From the IMG/VR virus record IMGVR_UViG_3300035698_006641, positions 32,846 to 96,845 of that record: 64,000 bases of DNA. One strand, 5' to 3'. This stretch comes from a virus. The position numbers and the translations under genes are program-made. Below the pieces are notes generated by a model. The model did no database searches and was not told where the DNA came from. It saw only the letters and a program-made list of their open reading frames with translations. Of the stretch, positions 18,509-28,142 are shown in pieces. Position 1 is the stretch's first letter, and every line of letters begins with the position of its first letter.

Positions 18509-21500
18509 TTACTCACTTTCTATATTCTTAATACTGTCAGACTCGTGATACAGCCGAATAGCGGCCTCTTCCTGGCGAGGAGCACTAAAGCTTTTGATCT
18601 TCTTTAGGTACCCAATTATACGAGTAGCGTGGCTAATATCTTCAGATCCACATTTGAGACATTTAGTCTGCTTGGAGAACTCAACGTGGCCACAGTCAGG
18701 ATTTTCACAACATGTTCGTAGTACGTTGGTTGTAAAGTATTCACACCCTGAATGAATAGCCAAATTAATAAGAGCTATATACCCTTCTTTAGTGGGATGC
18801 TCATCTAAGTTTAAATGCAGAGCCTGTCCACCATCGAAGTTTTTAATAAACTCTGACCCATGAAGCATAAATTTGTCCACAATAGAGATCTTTGGATCCT
18901 CGACCGGGAACATATATGAGTTATAGCAATCACGAGGAACTCGAAGCCCATCCTGTTTATCCCATCTGGCATTCTTTTTAGCGAGACTTTCAGCTGGAAC
19001 TTGCTCAGTATTAAATTTGTATCCATACTCTTTTTTGGCTGCTTTATTAGCCTCGGAGATGGTCACCAATACTTTGTTAACGAACTCTAGATACTCTCCG
19101 TCCGGGGTAATAGGGATCCCTTGAGACTCTGCGGCCTCTACAATACCATTTACTCCAATAGTGAGAAACTGCTTATCCATATCAACGAACCCTGCATCGT
19201 AGAATGGGTATAGTCCGGAGTCTCTAAATCTCTCAAAGATATGTCGATGGGCCACTTGGTATTTGTGAACACGATCAACAATGCTTTTAAGATTCTTTCC
19301 CTCTTGGACTATTCTACTTATATTCAGGGTTATCACGTTTAACGACCCAGTGGACACCCCACCAGCACCTAGAGAATATGAGAACTCATTAGGTTCATCT
19401 TCGTCCTCTAACAAAGAGTTTTTAAGACGGCAGCAACTTGAGAGGCTATCTACACTCTTGCTGAGATACATGAACATGAGACTACCCTTACTCAAGTCAT
19501 CAGCAATCATGTCAACAAACTCCGGGTCTTTTGGACTAATACCGTCATGCAGGATTGTAGCGGTCTTGACAGGGAACGTGAGTACTGACTTAGTATTCTC
19601 TTCCCGAATCATATCAAGAGCATACTCTTGAAGTTTGTTGTAGGACTTCCAATTTGGTTTAATCTCCGGGATTGACGGGTAATACATGGCACCATACAGA
19701 GCGTCGAAATAAGACCTATCAAAGATACTGATGTTCGTGAAACAGCTTTGGGCGTTTCTTGATCCAGCAGGCTCATTAATTGTGTACAGAAATGTTTCTA
19801 AGCTTTGTTTAATATCCTCTAGATTAGTCTCTAGATAATTATCACCGTAGTCATGTCTAGCAAAAGCATCGAAATGAATTAAAGCCCCAGGGATTCCTAC
19901 AGCACCAGCTACCTGGCTGCTAACCATAAACACAGTGTTAAGCAATTGCCCGACATATGCTTGAAGGTGCTTCGGTGGTCCACTCTTACCTCCAAGAGCC
20001 TTGGTTCCTTTTTCTAACATTGGAAACAGACTTATAGCCGCACAATTATGAACCCACAACCCGTTACATACAAAGGTACTAGACTCGGTTGTTATATCGT
20101 AAATGTAATCCATGGAATCCACAACATTACCCGACGTAATAGGCTTAACAGAGTCTATTGAGCACCACCCGCTTGTATACTTTATATAAGCATCCTTTTC
20201 AATCATGTGCTTAGCCTTAAAGGAGTGCGGTAACTCTGGGCACCCAGGGCGTTTGTTAAAACATATTCCCCAGATGTCGTAGTTTGTGGTGTACTCGGTG
20301 TTGTTCCCAAAAGGCAACGATTGGTGCTGATTTCCTCCGGTGTATCCAAAGTGGTGCAACAGGGTCGTGAGTTGGGTTATAGCTCCTCTTGAGGAAAGTC
20401 TGATATTACCAGACCCGTTGTTTATGTTTCCATCACTGTCCAGAAGACCGGAGATTACCCCCAGGGCAAACCCTTCGGTGAATTGGGTTATGTTTACGGG
20501 AAGAGTTTTGTTACTGGACCCATGCGATATACCTAAGACTTGACTCATAAACCGAACCAACTCGTGAGAATTGATCCGAAGTCTGGTGCAGTCCGTCACG
20601 TGACTCCCAGACGGCTTTACGTCTAACACCGAATGCAGTCCGAATTCCCTGTATGCGATATCTGCCAATTCCTTCAAAGGCTGGGTATCTTTCTGGGTAA
20701 AACATAATTCAGAGGATAAGCCCTCTCCGTCCGGGGACATGTGGTAATTTCCGTCTCCAATAAAGAATCCAACAAAATATCCTACACTAGAGTTAAGATT
20801 AATGTGTTTCCTAAACGGCTTAAAGCTACCGCCCTCTATTGTCTGCGTTAAGTAATAAGAATCAAACTCTTGGATCGGGTTTGACGCAGACTGATACATA
20901 TTGATAGATTCTTGTCCATTAAACTCCAACTCCGAACCAACCCTTAATTGATTCCCCTCAGCGCAATCAGCCGCTACCGTAGTGTCCTCCTTATCCTCAC
21001 TCATTATCATAGGGTGATTATCTGTGACAATTATATCCTCACCGAATGTTGTCTTGACTCGCACCATGTCACGGTGACGGCGCTTCCTTACAAGCCTAGT
21101 TATATTAGTAGTACCGTCCTTATCTTTTATACTCATATCAATTGGATACTTACAATACACCTCATCGTCGATATTGTCTAATTCCTCGAACTCGGAGCAC
21201 AAGGAATAAAGGCTTTCAAATGGACACAGATAATTCACTCCTTTATAAGAGACTGAAATAGTCTCAAACGGACTGTAGGTATATGACGTAGCAAGACTTG
21301 TTTCATCATTGATATAGATCGCATGATCCTCAATGTCTCGTATGTATTGTTTAGCCAGTCTACGACCCTGATCTGGACCAAAGGACTTAACTAATTGTTC
21401 TTGTAGTAAAGCTCGGTTTATCTGAATATCTTCACTTTTATGGGCCTCACCTTTCAATGACGCAATAGTCTTTTGTTCTTGGTTAGCGTTTGGATCCACT

Positions 21501-21610
21501 AAAGCACCAGTTGCCGCATTGTCTGCATCGACATAATTGTCTATTGCATCCAAGTGAAAGCAAGTTTGATCCTTCGTTAGTTCCATCATAGTAATCGATT
21601 TTTTACGCAT
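18509..21610 (-). CDS. nrdD: anaerobic (class III) ribonucleotide reductase, intein-containing (about 621 aa after splicing)
   Basis: SSCCRL finger loop, TGSLNVITLN, EQVPAESLA, C-terminal Zn motif and TRIIGYL glycyl-radical motif. Confidence 0.95.
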   Translation of the reverse strand: MRKKSITMMELTKDQTCFHLDAIDNYVDADNAATGALVDPNANQEQKTIASLKGEAHKSEDIQINRALLQEQLVKSFGPDQGRRLAKQYIRDIEDHAIYINDETSLATSYTYSPFETISVSYKGVNYLCPFESLYSLCSEFEELDNIDDEVYCKYPIDMSIKDKDGTTNITRLVRKRRHRDMVRVKTTFGEDIIVTDNHPMIMSEDKEDTTVAADCAEGNQLRVGSELEFNGQESINMYQSASNPIQEFDSYYLTQTIEGGSFKPFRKHINLNSSVGYFVGFFIGDGNYHMSPDGEGLSSELCFTQKDTQPLKELADIAYREFGLHSVLDVKPSGSHVTDCTRLRINSHELVRFMSQVLGISHGSSNKTLPVNITQFTEGFALGVISGLLDSDGNINNGSGNIRLSSRGAITQLTTLLHHFGYTGGNQHQSLPFGNNTEYTTNYDIWGICFNKRPGCPELPHSFKAKHMIEKDAYIKYTSGWCSIDSVKPITSGNVVDSMDYIYDITTESSTFVCNGLWVHNCAAISLFPMLEKGTKALGGKSGPPKHLQAYVGQLLNTVFMVSSQVAGAVGIPGALIHFDAFARHDYGDNYLETNLEDIKQSLETFLYTINEPAGSRNAQSCFTNISIFDRSYFDALYGAMYYPSIPEIKPNWKSYNKLQEYALDMIREENTKSVLTFPVKTATILHDGISPKDPEFVDMIADDLSKGSLMFMYLSKSVDSLSSCCRLKNSLLEDEDEPNEFSYSLGAGGVSTGSLNVITLNISRIVQEGKNLKSIVDRVHKYQVAHRHIFERFRDSGLYPFYDAGFVDMDKQFLTIGVNGIVEAAESQGIPITPDGEYLEFVNKVLVTISEANKAAKKEYGYKFNTEQVPAESLAKKNARWDKQDGLRVPRDCYNSYMFPVEDPKISIVDKFMLHGSEFIKNFDGGQALHLNLDEHPTKEGYIALINLAIHSGCEYFTTNVLRTCCENPDCGHVEFSKQTKCLKCGSEDISHATRIIGYLKKIKSFSAPRQEEAAIRLYHESDSIKNIESE
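20045..21280 (-). mobile_element. intein in NrdD (412 aa) with LAGLIDADG endonuclease; first residue Thr
   Basis: extein NDETSLATSY|CAAISL; block B VTDNHP; FVGFFIGDG and ISGLLDSDG; terminal YDITT...WVHN|C. Confidence 0.9.
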
Positions 21611-21679
21611 TGTGCTCCTGTTAGTTGCTGTCTTTTAGTAATACGGATCTAGCGTGAGTACCAAACTCGCCTTTTGGCT

Positions 21680-22123
21680 TTATTTCCGTTGTGACTTTCT
21701 AAATAGGTGATTCAGGTTCTCACCTGTATTCACATTAATAAATATTTGGTTGGTTTTTTCAGAGTCCAACGCGCCGAGCTCTTCTCGGTAATCTCCCGTT
21801 TTTAAATAATCAAGCTGTCCTTTGCAATCACAGGTATCAAGTCCAGTATAGAGGCAAGTTTTAAAACCTTTAGCTATAGCAACACTTAAAAAGTCCGTTA
21901 GGTCAGAACACCAGTCCCCACCAAGAAAAGTTACACAAGTAACCATCCCGACTAAAGGGCTTAATATATCATCAAACTGTTGAAGGCTCATCTCTGGTCC
22001 TTCGGTGTCCAATTTTGCCCAAGAACATCCTGGGCAGTTATTAGGGCACCCAGATACGCCTAATGTTAACGATACCTCTCCGGGTACCTCAATTAGCGTA
22101 ATCTGTTTCTCAAAAATCCTCAT
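21680..22123 (-). CDS. nrdG: anaerobic RNR activating enzyme (radical SAM)
   Basis: GCPNNCPGC, FLGGD, LYTG, KTGDY, TNQ; adjacent to nrdD; ATG 22123 with GGAG. Confidence 0.92.
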   Translation of the reverse strand: MRIFEKQITLIEVPGEVSLTLGVSGCPNNCPGCSWAKLDTEGPEMSLQQFDDILSPLVGMVTCVTFLGGDWCSDLTDFLSVAIAKGFKTCLYTGLDTCDCKGQLDYLKTGDYREELGALDSEKTNQIFINVNTGENLNHLFRKSQRK

Positions 22124-22267
22124 TAAATCTCCAAAATGCAAGTGTTAAATATTACATTTTGTGTTTTCCATTTCAAGGATAATTTTTAGTACAAATTACA
22201 TAACAGCCGTAAAATACTGCTGGGGAGTACGTTACGGCTGAAACGAATTTTTGTATTCAGTGTAGCA

Positions 22268-23158
22268 TTATTGCCACATAATTTTCTGGTATTCTAGTGA
22301 AGAAGTCTCTAAACGTAGAGGATTTATCCATCTATCGTGTTCTTTAGTGACACAACAGTCCCCAAGAGATAGGGTAAAAGGGCGTACAGCCCTGCTACAT
22401 GTTCTTTGTCCTTCAACCCCAAATGGGCAAAAGGCGCAATCATCAGTTGACCCACAGAACTCTTCAATCTCACGAGGTTTTCTTGTGTCTTCTAATTTTT
22501 TATTTCTACTCTTAAGGGTTCCGCTCGTACCAATATCCGCCATTTTGGAGTACCCATCTTCCTCAATCATGTTAACAAACATAAAGCATCCAACTAAGTG
22601 AGATGGATGTATTCGTTCATAACTAGGTGCCCAAGTCCCCATTATACCTGCTGTTTTAGCCAGCCTATTTATTTGCTGTAAAGTACGAAGGGAAGTAGCG
22701 TATGTCTTGGTGGAGCTAGATAAAGGACCTGTGAGAAACTGTACTAATAGAGTAAAGCTTTCACAATCATCTTCGTAAGGGTACACTTCTACGGCCTTAG
22801 CTAGACAGTATCCTCCTGTAGTATTATTAAGAGGAAAGTACAGAGGACGTCCTAGTGACATATCATGAATTCCACCAGATAACCTAGCAATAACGTTTAA
22901 GGCCCAGGATTCGCTGCGTCTTCCCCTTCCAACCGTAAGATTCTCTAGAGACCGGTAAAGCGTGTCTCTAAATAACTGAGATTCTATTGCCCTCTTCGGG
23001 AAGAGGCCTAGAGCCCTGCTGAAGAGCATTCTTACCTCTGAGATGGGTCTTGACCCGTCTAAGGATAGAAGTGTCTCCAGGAGGGCCTCAGAGAGCTTAA
23101 CTCGCGTTGAGTATATTTCGCTGATCTTCGCGGGTAATTTTAGTCCCTCTTCGAACAT
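22268..23158 (-). CDS. hypothetical protein, C-terminal Cys cluster
   Basis: ORF. Confidence 0.6.
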   Translation of the reverse strand: MFEEGLKLPAKISEIYSTRVKLSEALLETLLSLDGSRPISEVRMLFSRALGLFPKRAIESQLFRDTLYRSLENLTVGRGRRSESWALNVIARLSGGIHDMSLGRPLYFPLNNTTGGYCLAKAVEVYPYEDDCESFTLLVQFLTGPLSSSTKTYATSLRTLQQINRLAKTAGIMGTWAPSYERIHPSHLVGCFMFVNMIEEDGYSKMADIGTSGTLKSRNKKLEDTRKPREIEEFCGSTDDCAFCPFGVEGQRTCSRAVRPFTLSLGDCCVTKEHDRWINPLRLETSSLEYQKIMWQ

Positions 23159-23437
23159 TTATTCAGTTGGTTCCGTGCTACTGGGAGTAGAGACGCTAAA
23201 TCCACTATCAGCTTTATTCGCATCTTCTGACCCACAAACTTTCTTAACGTTAATCAACGTAGACTTCTTTGCATTACGATCAACTATTGTTGTGGTAGCA
23301 GAAAGTGCCTCCATAGACTCGTCCTCTAGCAGGACGCGCTGCATCTCTTTCGGGATGTTAGGGTCTATTACGGTTACCCCATCGTCACCAAGAACAGGTT
23401 TGCCCCGAGTGTCATTGGTTATTTTAGTCACATTCAT
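23159..23437 (-). CDS. hypothetical protein
   Basis: ORF. Confidence 0.5.
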   Translation of the reverse strand: MNVTKITNDTRGKPVLGDDGVTVIDPNIPKEMQRVLLEDESMEALSATTTIVDRNAKKSTLINVKKVCGSEDANKADSGFSVSTPSSTEPTE

Positions 23438-24116
23438 TGGATTTTCCTTTTACGTTTTCTTTCATGATACCTCTTACCTGATGTGCCACGTCAAGTAACG
23501 CTTCTTCGGTTACTTCTGGAGACAGGTGAACACCGCTAATCCATTTGAACTTTACAGTCTTACCATCATCGGTTTTCTCTTCTTCCTCTTCAGTGCAAAT
23601 AACGTACATAAAGTCTGAAAGGGCAATGGTATCTCTACCAAACCTCTCATCAACCAGCTGTTCGTTTTTTGCATCCGTGATATAGGATAGATACCTATTA
23701 CCGATAGGCAACTTCTCAGATGTCGTACTCCTTACTAGCAGTGTGTCACGGTCAGGATGGATTCGATCCACCGACAACCCCAACATTCTGAACTCCCTAC
23801 GGAGAGGGCAGCTTTCTTCCTCTGCGCTCTTTTTCCTGTACCCATATCCCTCACCTAGGAAATACGTACCCGGAATATTACATCTCATCGTGTACGCGTA
23901 GTCCTCCGGGTCCGGACATTCTTCCAAACTATAGTATACAACAAAGTGTCGTCCTACCGAGTCAGTGTCCCTTAGGGTCAATGTCATCCCAAGGGAATTC
24001 TCCTTCCCAGGGAACACATCATTTGTGGAGAACTCCCATCCGTCTACGTATACTCCTCCTAGGCCCTCTTTTATAAGAACCTTGATCCATTTATCGTGCA
24101 TTCTACTGTCCTGCAA
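23424..24116 (-). CDS. hypothetical protein
   Basis: ORF. Confidence 0.55.
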   Translation of the reverse strand: MQDSRMHDKWIKVLIKEGLGGVYVDGWEFSTNDVFPGKENSLGMTLTLRDTDSVGRHFVVYYSLEECPDPEDYAYTMRCNIPGTYFLGEGYGYRKKSAEEESCPLRREFRMLGLSVDRIHPDRDTLLVRSTTSEKLPIGNRYLSYITDAKNEQLVDERFGRDTIALSDFMYVICTEEEEEKTDDGKTVKFKWISGVHLSPEVTEEALLDVAHQVRGIMKENVKGKSNECD

Positions 24117-25035
24117 TTGGAGCGAGAAGGCTACGACGTTTTTCCTTTGTCACAATATTATTGCGACCACGGGAAAATGCACCACACTTAGTACAACGAT
24201 ACATTGGGAATTTACTCACGTTCGTAGGGAACGTTCTGTCTTCAACCAGTTCTGCACTACCACACTTGCTACAAGCCATTACTTCCTCATCTTGGTAAAT
24301 ACCAACATTTGGATGGTTCTTCATGTAGGGGAGAAGCCTTATGTAAACTTTCTCCAAGAGGACAACATCCTGAGTGTTATACCCTCTCATTTTCTCCCAT
24401 GCTTCTAGATCCCCGGCCATGCAATCCTTCCATAGCTGGAATCCACCGGTATCGGCTTTCTCTCCGAGTCCGAGGTATACTCCCAAGTCGCCAAGGGCGT
24501 TTGACGTAAACATAAAGCTCTTACGGGCCTCAAGCAACGTGTCTACGATCTTGTACGGGGACGGAGGCAGCATTCCATGAATAGCGAATCGTGCGTTAAC
24601 CTTACGGCGGTCAAACTTTTTACAGTTATGCGCGATTAAGATGTCACATTCGTCTAGCAAGGACCACAGCTCCTCTAGGAGAATACGGTCATTCTTAGGA
24701 TTTATTGAGTACTCTTCGTAATCAGTTAGCGTCTTGGTTGTGATATCTTTTTCACCAAACCATTTTGCTGACCAACTCATGATGTACCAGTCATCTTTAA
24801 TAAAGGCCGTGCTGTTCACGTCCTTCCATAGCTGCCAGATATACGCTTCACTAGGGGCATTCTCAATATCGAATAATAGTATTCGAGGTCCGCTTTGTGT
24901 TTTAAATGCAATTCTATCGTGTAGAGCGGCGCTGCGTTTAATGGTATCTGGCTTAACGCCTTCAACCTTTGCAGCCATGTCTACGCCTAAGTCTCTAAGT
25001 AATTTATATCTGCGCTCTTGTGTTTCCATTGTCAT
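24103..25035 (-). CDS. DnaQ/RNase H-like 3'-5' exonuclease with C-terminal Zn ribbon
   Basis: LFDIEN, AHNCKKFD, VDTL, YNTQDV; CSKC...CTKC. Confidence 0.85.
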   Translation of the reverse strand: MTMETQERRYKLLRDLGVDMAAKVEGVKPDTIKRSAALHDRIAFKTQSGPRILLFDIENAPSEAYIWQLWKDVNSTAFIKDDWYIMSWSAKWFGEKDITTKTLTDYEEYSINPKNDRILLEELWSLLDECDILIAHNCKKFDRRKVNARFAIHGMLPPSPYKIVDTLLEARKSFMFTSNALGDLGVYLGLGEKADTGGFQLWKDCMAGDLEAWEKMRGYNTQDVVLLEKVYIRLLPYMKNHPNVGIYQDEEVMACSKCGSAELVEDRTFPTNVSKFPMYRCTKCGAFSRGRNNIVTKEKRRSLLAPIAGQ

Positions 25036-25257
25036 ATGTTCTTTCTATTAACATTTTATGATTTCTCCCGTAGGAGTAACGTGATGATTCCAACCCAATG
25101 AGCCAATAGGCTCTAGGAAACACACGTTTTATTGTTCTTCATTTTACTGCTGAAGCAGGCAGAGTCTTGATGTATGAGTAGACTAATCTATTTTTGTTTA
25201 CTTTTGTTTACTCTGTATTTTTGTCCTTGTTTATAGTTACTAAATGGAGCTTCAGCT

Positions 25258-26013
25258 CTAGTCAGAGGTTTCAGTCTTATGGTCGCCAATCAAATAGGGA
25301 TCACACATATTACCTACCACTCTTTTCAGGGCTTCAACTTTGTTTCTTGAGATTTTCAATTGGTTCAGATAGTCGACTTGGGGTCCTTCATCATCAGCAC
25401 CCATTATAGCAGCAATGTGCAACGTCATGTCACCCTCTACTAAGTCTGTCATTTTGTCTAATGTACTGTTGAGCTTCTTTACCGTCTTAAACGGCCCAGC
25501 TCCACCACGAGACTCTTTTCTATCTTCAACTGGGTGTAGTTCCTTAACCATATCCGGGATCTGTGCAGAGCCTGACGCCCCGGACTCAATCTCATCAATT
25601 ATCTCAGTTCTCTCATCATCACTAACGTCACTGATACACATAGGAAGCGCCTTAGATACAGGGACCCCTAGGGTTTTAAGCTTAGTTAGTTGAGTGGCTG
25701 TGATGGCTTCTCGAAACGTTAACATCTTACGTAAGGTTGAGTCAGAGTAGTCTAGGTATCCACCGGACACACTGAGAACAGCTTCTGAGAGATTAGAAAG
25801 AATCTTAGATAGACTCAGTGTATCATCAACCTCTTGTTGGTCGTTTACAAAGTCGTGCAGCATTTCTCCTACAGTCCAATATGTATCCAACACGTTATTC
25901 TGGGCCTTAGCCAGTCTCTCACACAGATCTTTAATAGCATCCAGATAATTTTGGTCATCTGTGGGTGCTAGAGTCAGATCAAAAACAGGTACTTCAATAG
26001 CTTCTTTTTTCAT
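25258..26013 (-). CDS. putative DNA-binding protein, YhcG-N (DUF1016_N)-like
   Basis: YWTVGEML and YSDSTLRKMLTF resemble YWxIG / FSxRNLxxMxxF. Confidence 0.45.
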   Translation of the reverse strand: MKKEAIEVPVFDLTLAPTDDQNYLDAIKDLCERLAKAQNNVLDTYWTVGEMLHDFVNDQQEVDDTLSLSKILSNLSEAVLSVSGGYLDYSDSTLRKMLTFREAITATQLTKLKTLGVPVSKALPMCISDVSDDERTEIIDEIESGASGSAQIPDMVKELHPVEDRKESRGGAGPFKTVKKLNSTLDKMTDLVEGDMTLHIAAIMGADDEGPQVDYLNQLKISRNKVEALKRVVGNMCDPYLIGDHKTETSD

Positions 26014-26140
26014 AAATAATTCTCCAAATTTACATTTTTACTACAGGGTTCTAAAACAAGCATGACACCATACAAGACAGACAATGCTTAAAATTATATA
26101 CATCCCTACTCGTATAACGTGATAAAAGTTTAAAGCAAAC

Positions 26141-26599
26141 TCAATCATCGAACTCGTGCCACATACTGTCTAAGAAGTCATCAAGCCGCATAATAGTTAG
26201 TCCAGAACAATCTTTATTTTGAACTCGCGCAGTAAATCGTCCTGCGCTGAAATACCCGTCATTTGATTCTTCTGGCAGTATTATATACAGGGCGGTTGTG
26301 GACGGAATAGAGAAAATAAACATCCAGTCATCAGATTGGTCTCCGGCTAGGAATTTATTAAATGCAGTACACACCGAAGTTTTTTTAAACGCGTTGAGTA
26401 ATGACCCTAACTGCATAGGCCGTGTCTCTTTATACCCACCAATTCGAGTCCCAATATATTCTAGGTTACCTAGCTGCTCCAATGTCTCTACATGCTTAGT
26501 CTTATTAAAGTCCTCGTTAAAGGCCTTCTTGTACTTAGGGAGTACAAACTTAATGACTTTTCTTTCAAACAACTCTTGATCAGCATTTTGAACTGCCAT
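26141..26599 (-). CDS. hypothetical protein
   Basis: ORF. Confidence 0.55.
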   Translation of the reverse strand: MAVQNADQELFERKVIKFVLPKYKKAFNEDFNKTKHVETLEQLGNLEYIGTRIGGYKETRPMQLGSLLNAFKKTSVCTAFNKFLAGDQSDDWMFIFSIPSTTALYIILPEESNDGYFSAGRFTARVQNKDCSGLTIMRLDDFLDSMWHEFDD

Positions 26600-26600
26600 A

Positions 26601-27251
26601 TCACATCATATCCTCTCGTCGGTCACCGACAATACACTTTACCATTTCGTCCACCTTCCAAGCCAACTCATCTAATGATCCACTGTTATCAATCGTGTAG
26701 TCCCAGTTACCTACTGATACTAACTCATTTTCACTTATATGTGTATCAGAGGAGTTCTCTGGCCCTCTTAGAACTAGGGCACAAAATCCACCAAGACCTT
26801 TAATCTTGTACATCTCGTTAATGAACCTCATGTCAGAGATCACCAAGCGGTCTGGTATTTCCGAATTAAACATGGCGTTGACCCAGAACTTATTGTCATA
26901 GGCCCTGATTATGTCAGTCCCCAAGTGTTGGAGTAGGTTACGGAATTTACCGTCAGCATCAGTCTCCAAAAGCCACTCCTGAGGAACTCCTAAATCACAG
27001 TATGCCAGATTCCGTTCAATTCCGAATCCCAAATTTCCGTATTTAGTGTACCAGTCCTGTAGACTGTGTGCGTGTACTGGTAACGTTGATATAGACGACA
27101 TTCGTGTTACGAGAATCTCAGACAACTCCTTAAGTGGTGCTGCAAAGCTTTTCTTAACAAACCCATGACGAGCCACCAACATATCAGCAACAGTGTCTTT
27201 ACCGGTTCTTTTTCTGAACCCTAAACCTAATACTATTTTTTTATCCATCAT
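26601..27251 (-). CDS. deoxynucleoside monophosphate kinase
   Basis: GFRKRTGKDT P-loop, SFAAPLK, RNLLQHLGT, ISDMRFINE, HISE. Confidence 0.9.
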   Translation of the reverse strand: MMDKKIVLGLGFRKRTGKDTVADMLVARHGFVKKSFAAPLKELSEILVTRMSSISTLPVHAHSLQDWYTKYGNLGFGIERNLAYCDLGVPQEWLLETDADGKFRNLLQHLGTDIIRAYDNKFWVNAMFNSEIPDRLVISDMRFINEMYKIKGLGGFCALVLRGPENSSDTHISENELVSVGNWDYTIDNSGSLDELAWKVDEMVKCIVGDRREDMM

Positions 27252-27835
27252 AGAATTGGACCCCTCAAAGATGTAGCCGTGATTATTAAATTGGCTTGAT
27301 GAAATGCATCAGACAAAGCTGAATGCTTAACTCCAGAGAATGAAACCTCATCCTTTAGTTTACGCCCAGTAGTCTCCTCAAGCTCTCCGAGGAGAGTACG
27401 AAGACACCGATCATTCCAAAACTTCCAAGGTAGCACTATACCGACCTGGTCAAAAGCATCCGCCAGCATTGCATTATCAAAACTAGCACCGTTACCCCAT
27501 ACCCTAACCTGATTCAGATTACAGTTGGACTGTATAAAGTCCCTAAGTTTTGTGAGAGCAGTATAGAGACAAATAGACTCCTTTGCTCCTTCAGTAAGTG
27601 CTTTTCTAGCATCTTGACTCTGAGACAACCACCACCTTAAAGTGGATCCATTCATTTCTCTACCGGATTTTACTTGATCATCAAAGTCTATGAAAACCTC
27701 AAATGTCTCACAGCCGCCACCCTCTAGGTTACACCTATTGAATGCTACGGCACCAATTGAGGCTATAACCGATCTAGGGATCTTTCCGAACGTTTCTAGG
27801 TCCAAACTAATGTCTGTGTAATTTTTATTAATCAT
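27248..27835 (-). CDS. 3'-5' exonuclease (exonuclease VIII/DUF5051-like DEDDh)
   Basis: LDLETFG, TLRWW, WGNGASFD, HSALSDA. Confidence 0.88.
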   Translation of the reverse strand: MINKNYTDISLDLETFGKIPRSVIASIGAVAFNRCNLEGGGCETFEVFIDFDDQVKSGREMNGSTLRWWLSQSQDARKALTEGAKESICLYTALTKLRDFIQSNCNLNQVRVWGNGASFDNAMLADAFDQVGIVLPWKFWNDRCLRTLLGELEETTGRKLKDEVSFSGVKHSALSDAFHQANLIITATSLRGPIL

Positions 27836-28142
27836 TCCTTACCCTATTTATAAGCTCAGCTACTTGTGTTTTGGAGATACTTCTTTCGGTACCGTCATTC
27901 GCGTAGATTTCAGCGATGTCTATTAAGGGTAGGAGAGCATGGTAACAAATATCCAGTGCCTCAATTGCCTCTATAGGGAAAACAGTTCTATTCCACCATC
28001 TGGAAGCGTCTTCAACAGAACCAAAGTCACACACTTTTAACCCACAATCATCACACTCAATCCAAACCCATCCTTGACTATCACGGTGAACTGATGCCTG
28101 CCCACCACAAGAGCATGAGTTTAGTTTAATATCCTCATTCAT
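27828..28142 (-). CDS. Lar-like Zn-ribbon protein
   Basis: LNSCSCGG...CDDCG...A..WWNR. Confidence 0.55.
   Translation of the reverse strand: MNEDIKLNSCSCGGQASVHRDSQGWVWIECDDCGLKVCDFGSVEDASRWWNRTVFPIEAIEALDICYHALLPLIDIAEIYANDGTERSISKTQVAELINRVRND

Noticed and set aside
22204-22240. Hairpin upstream of nrdG as a riboswitch or NrdR site
   Set aside because: A single stem-loop (CAGCCGTAA/TTACGGCTG) with no recognisable aptamer or NrdR box; probably a terminator
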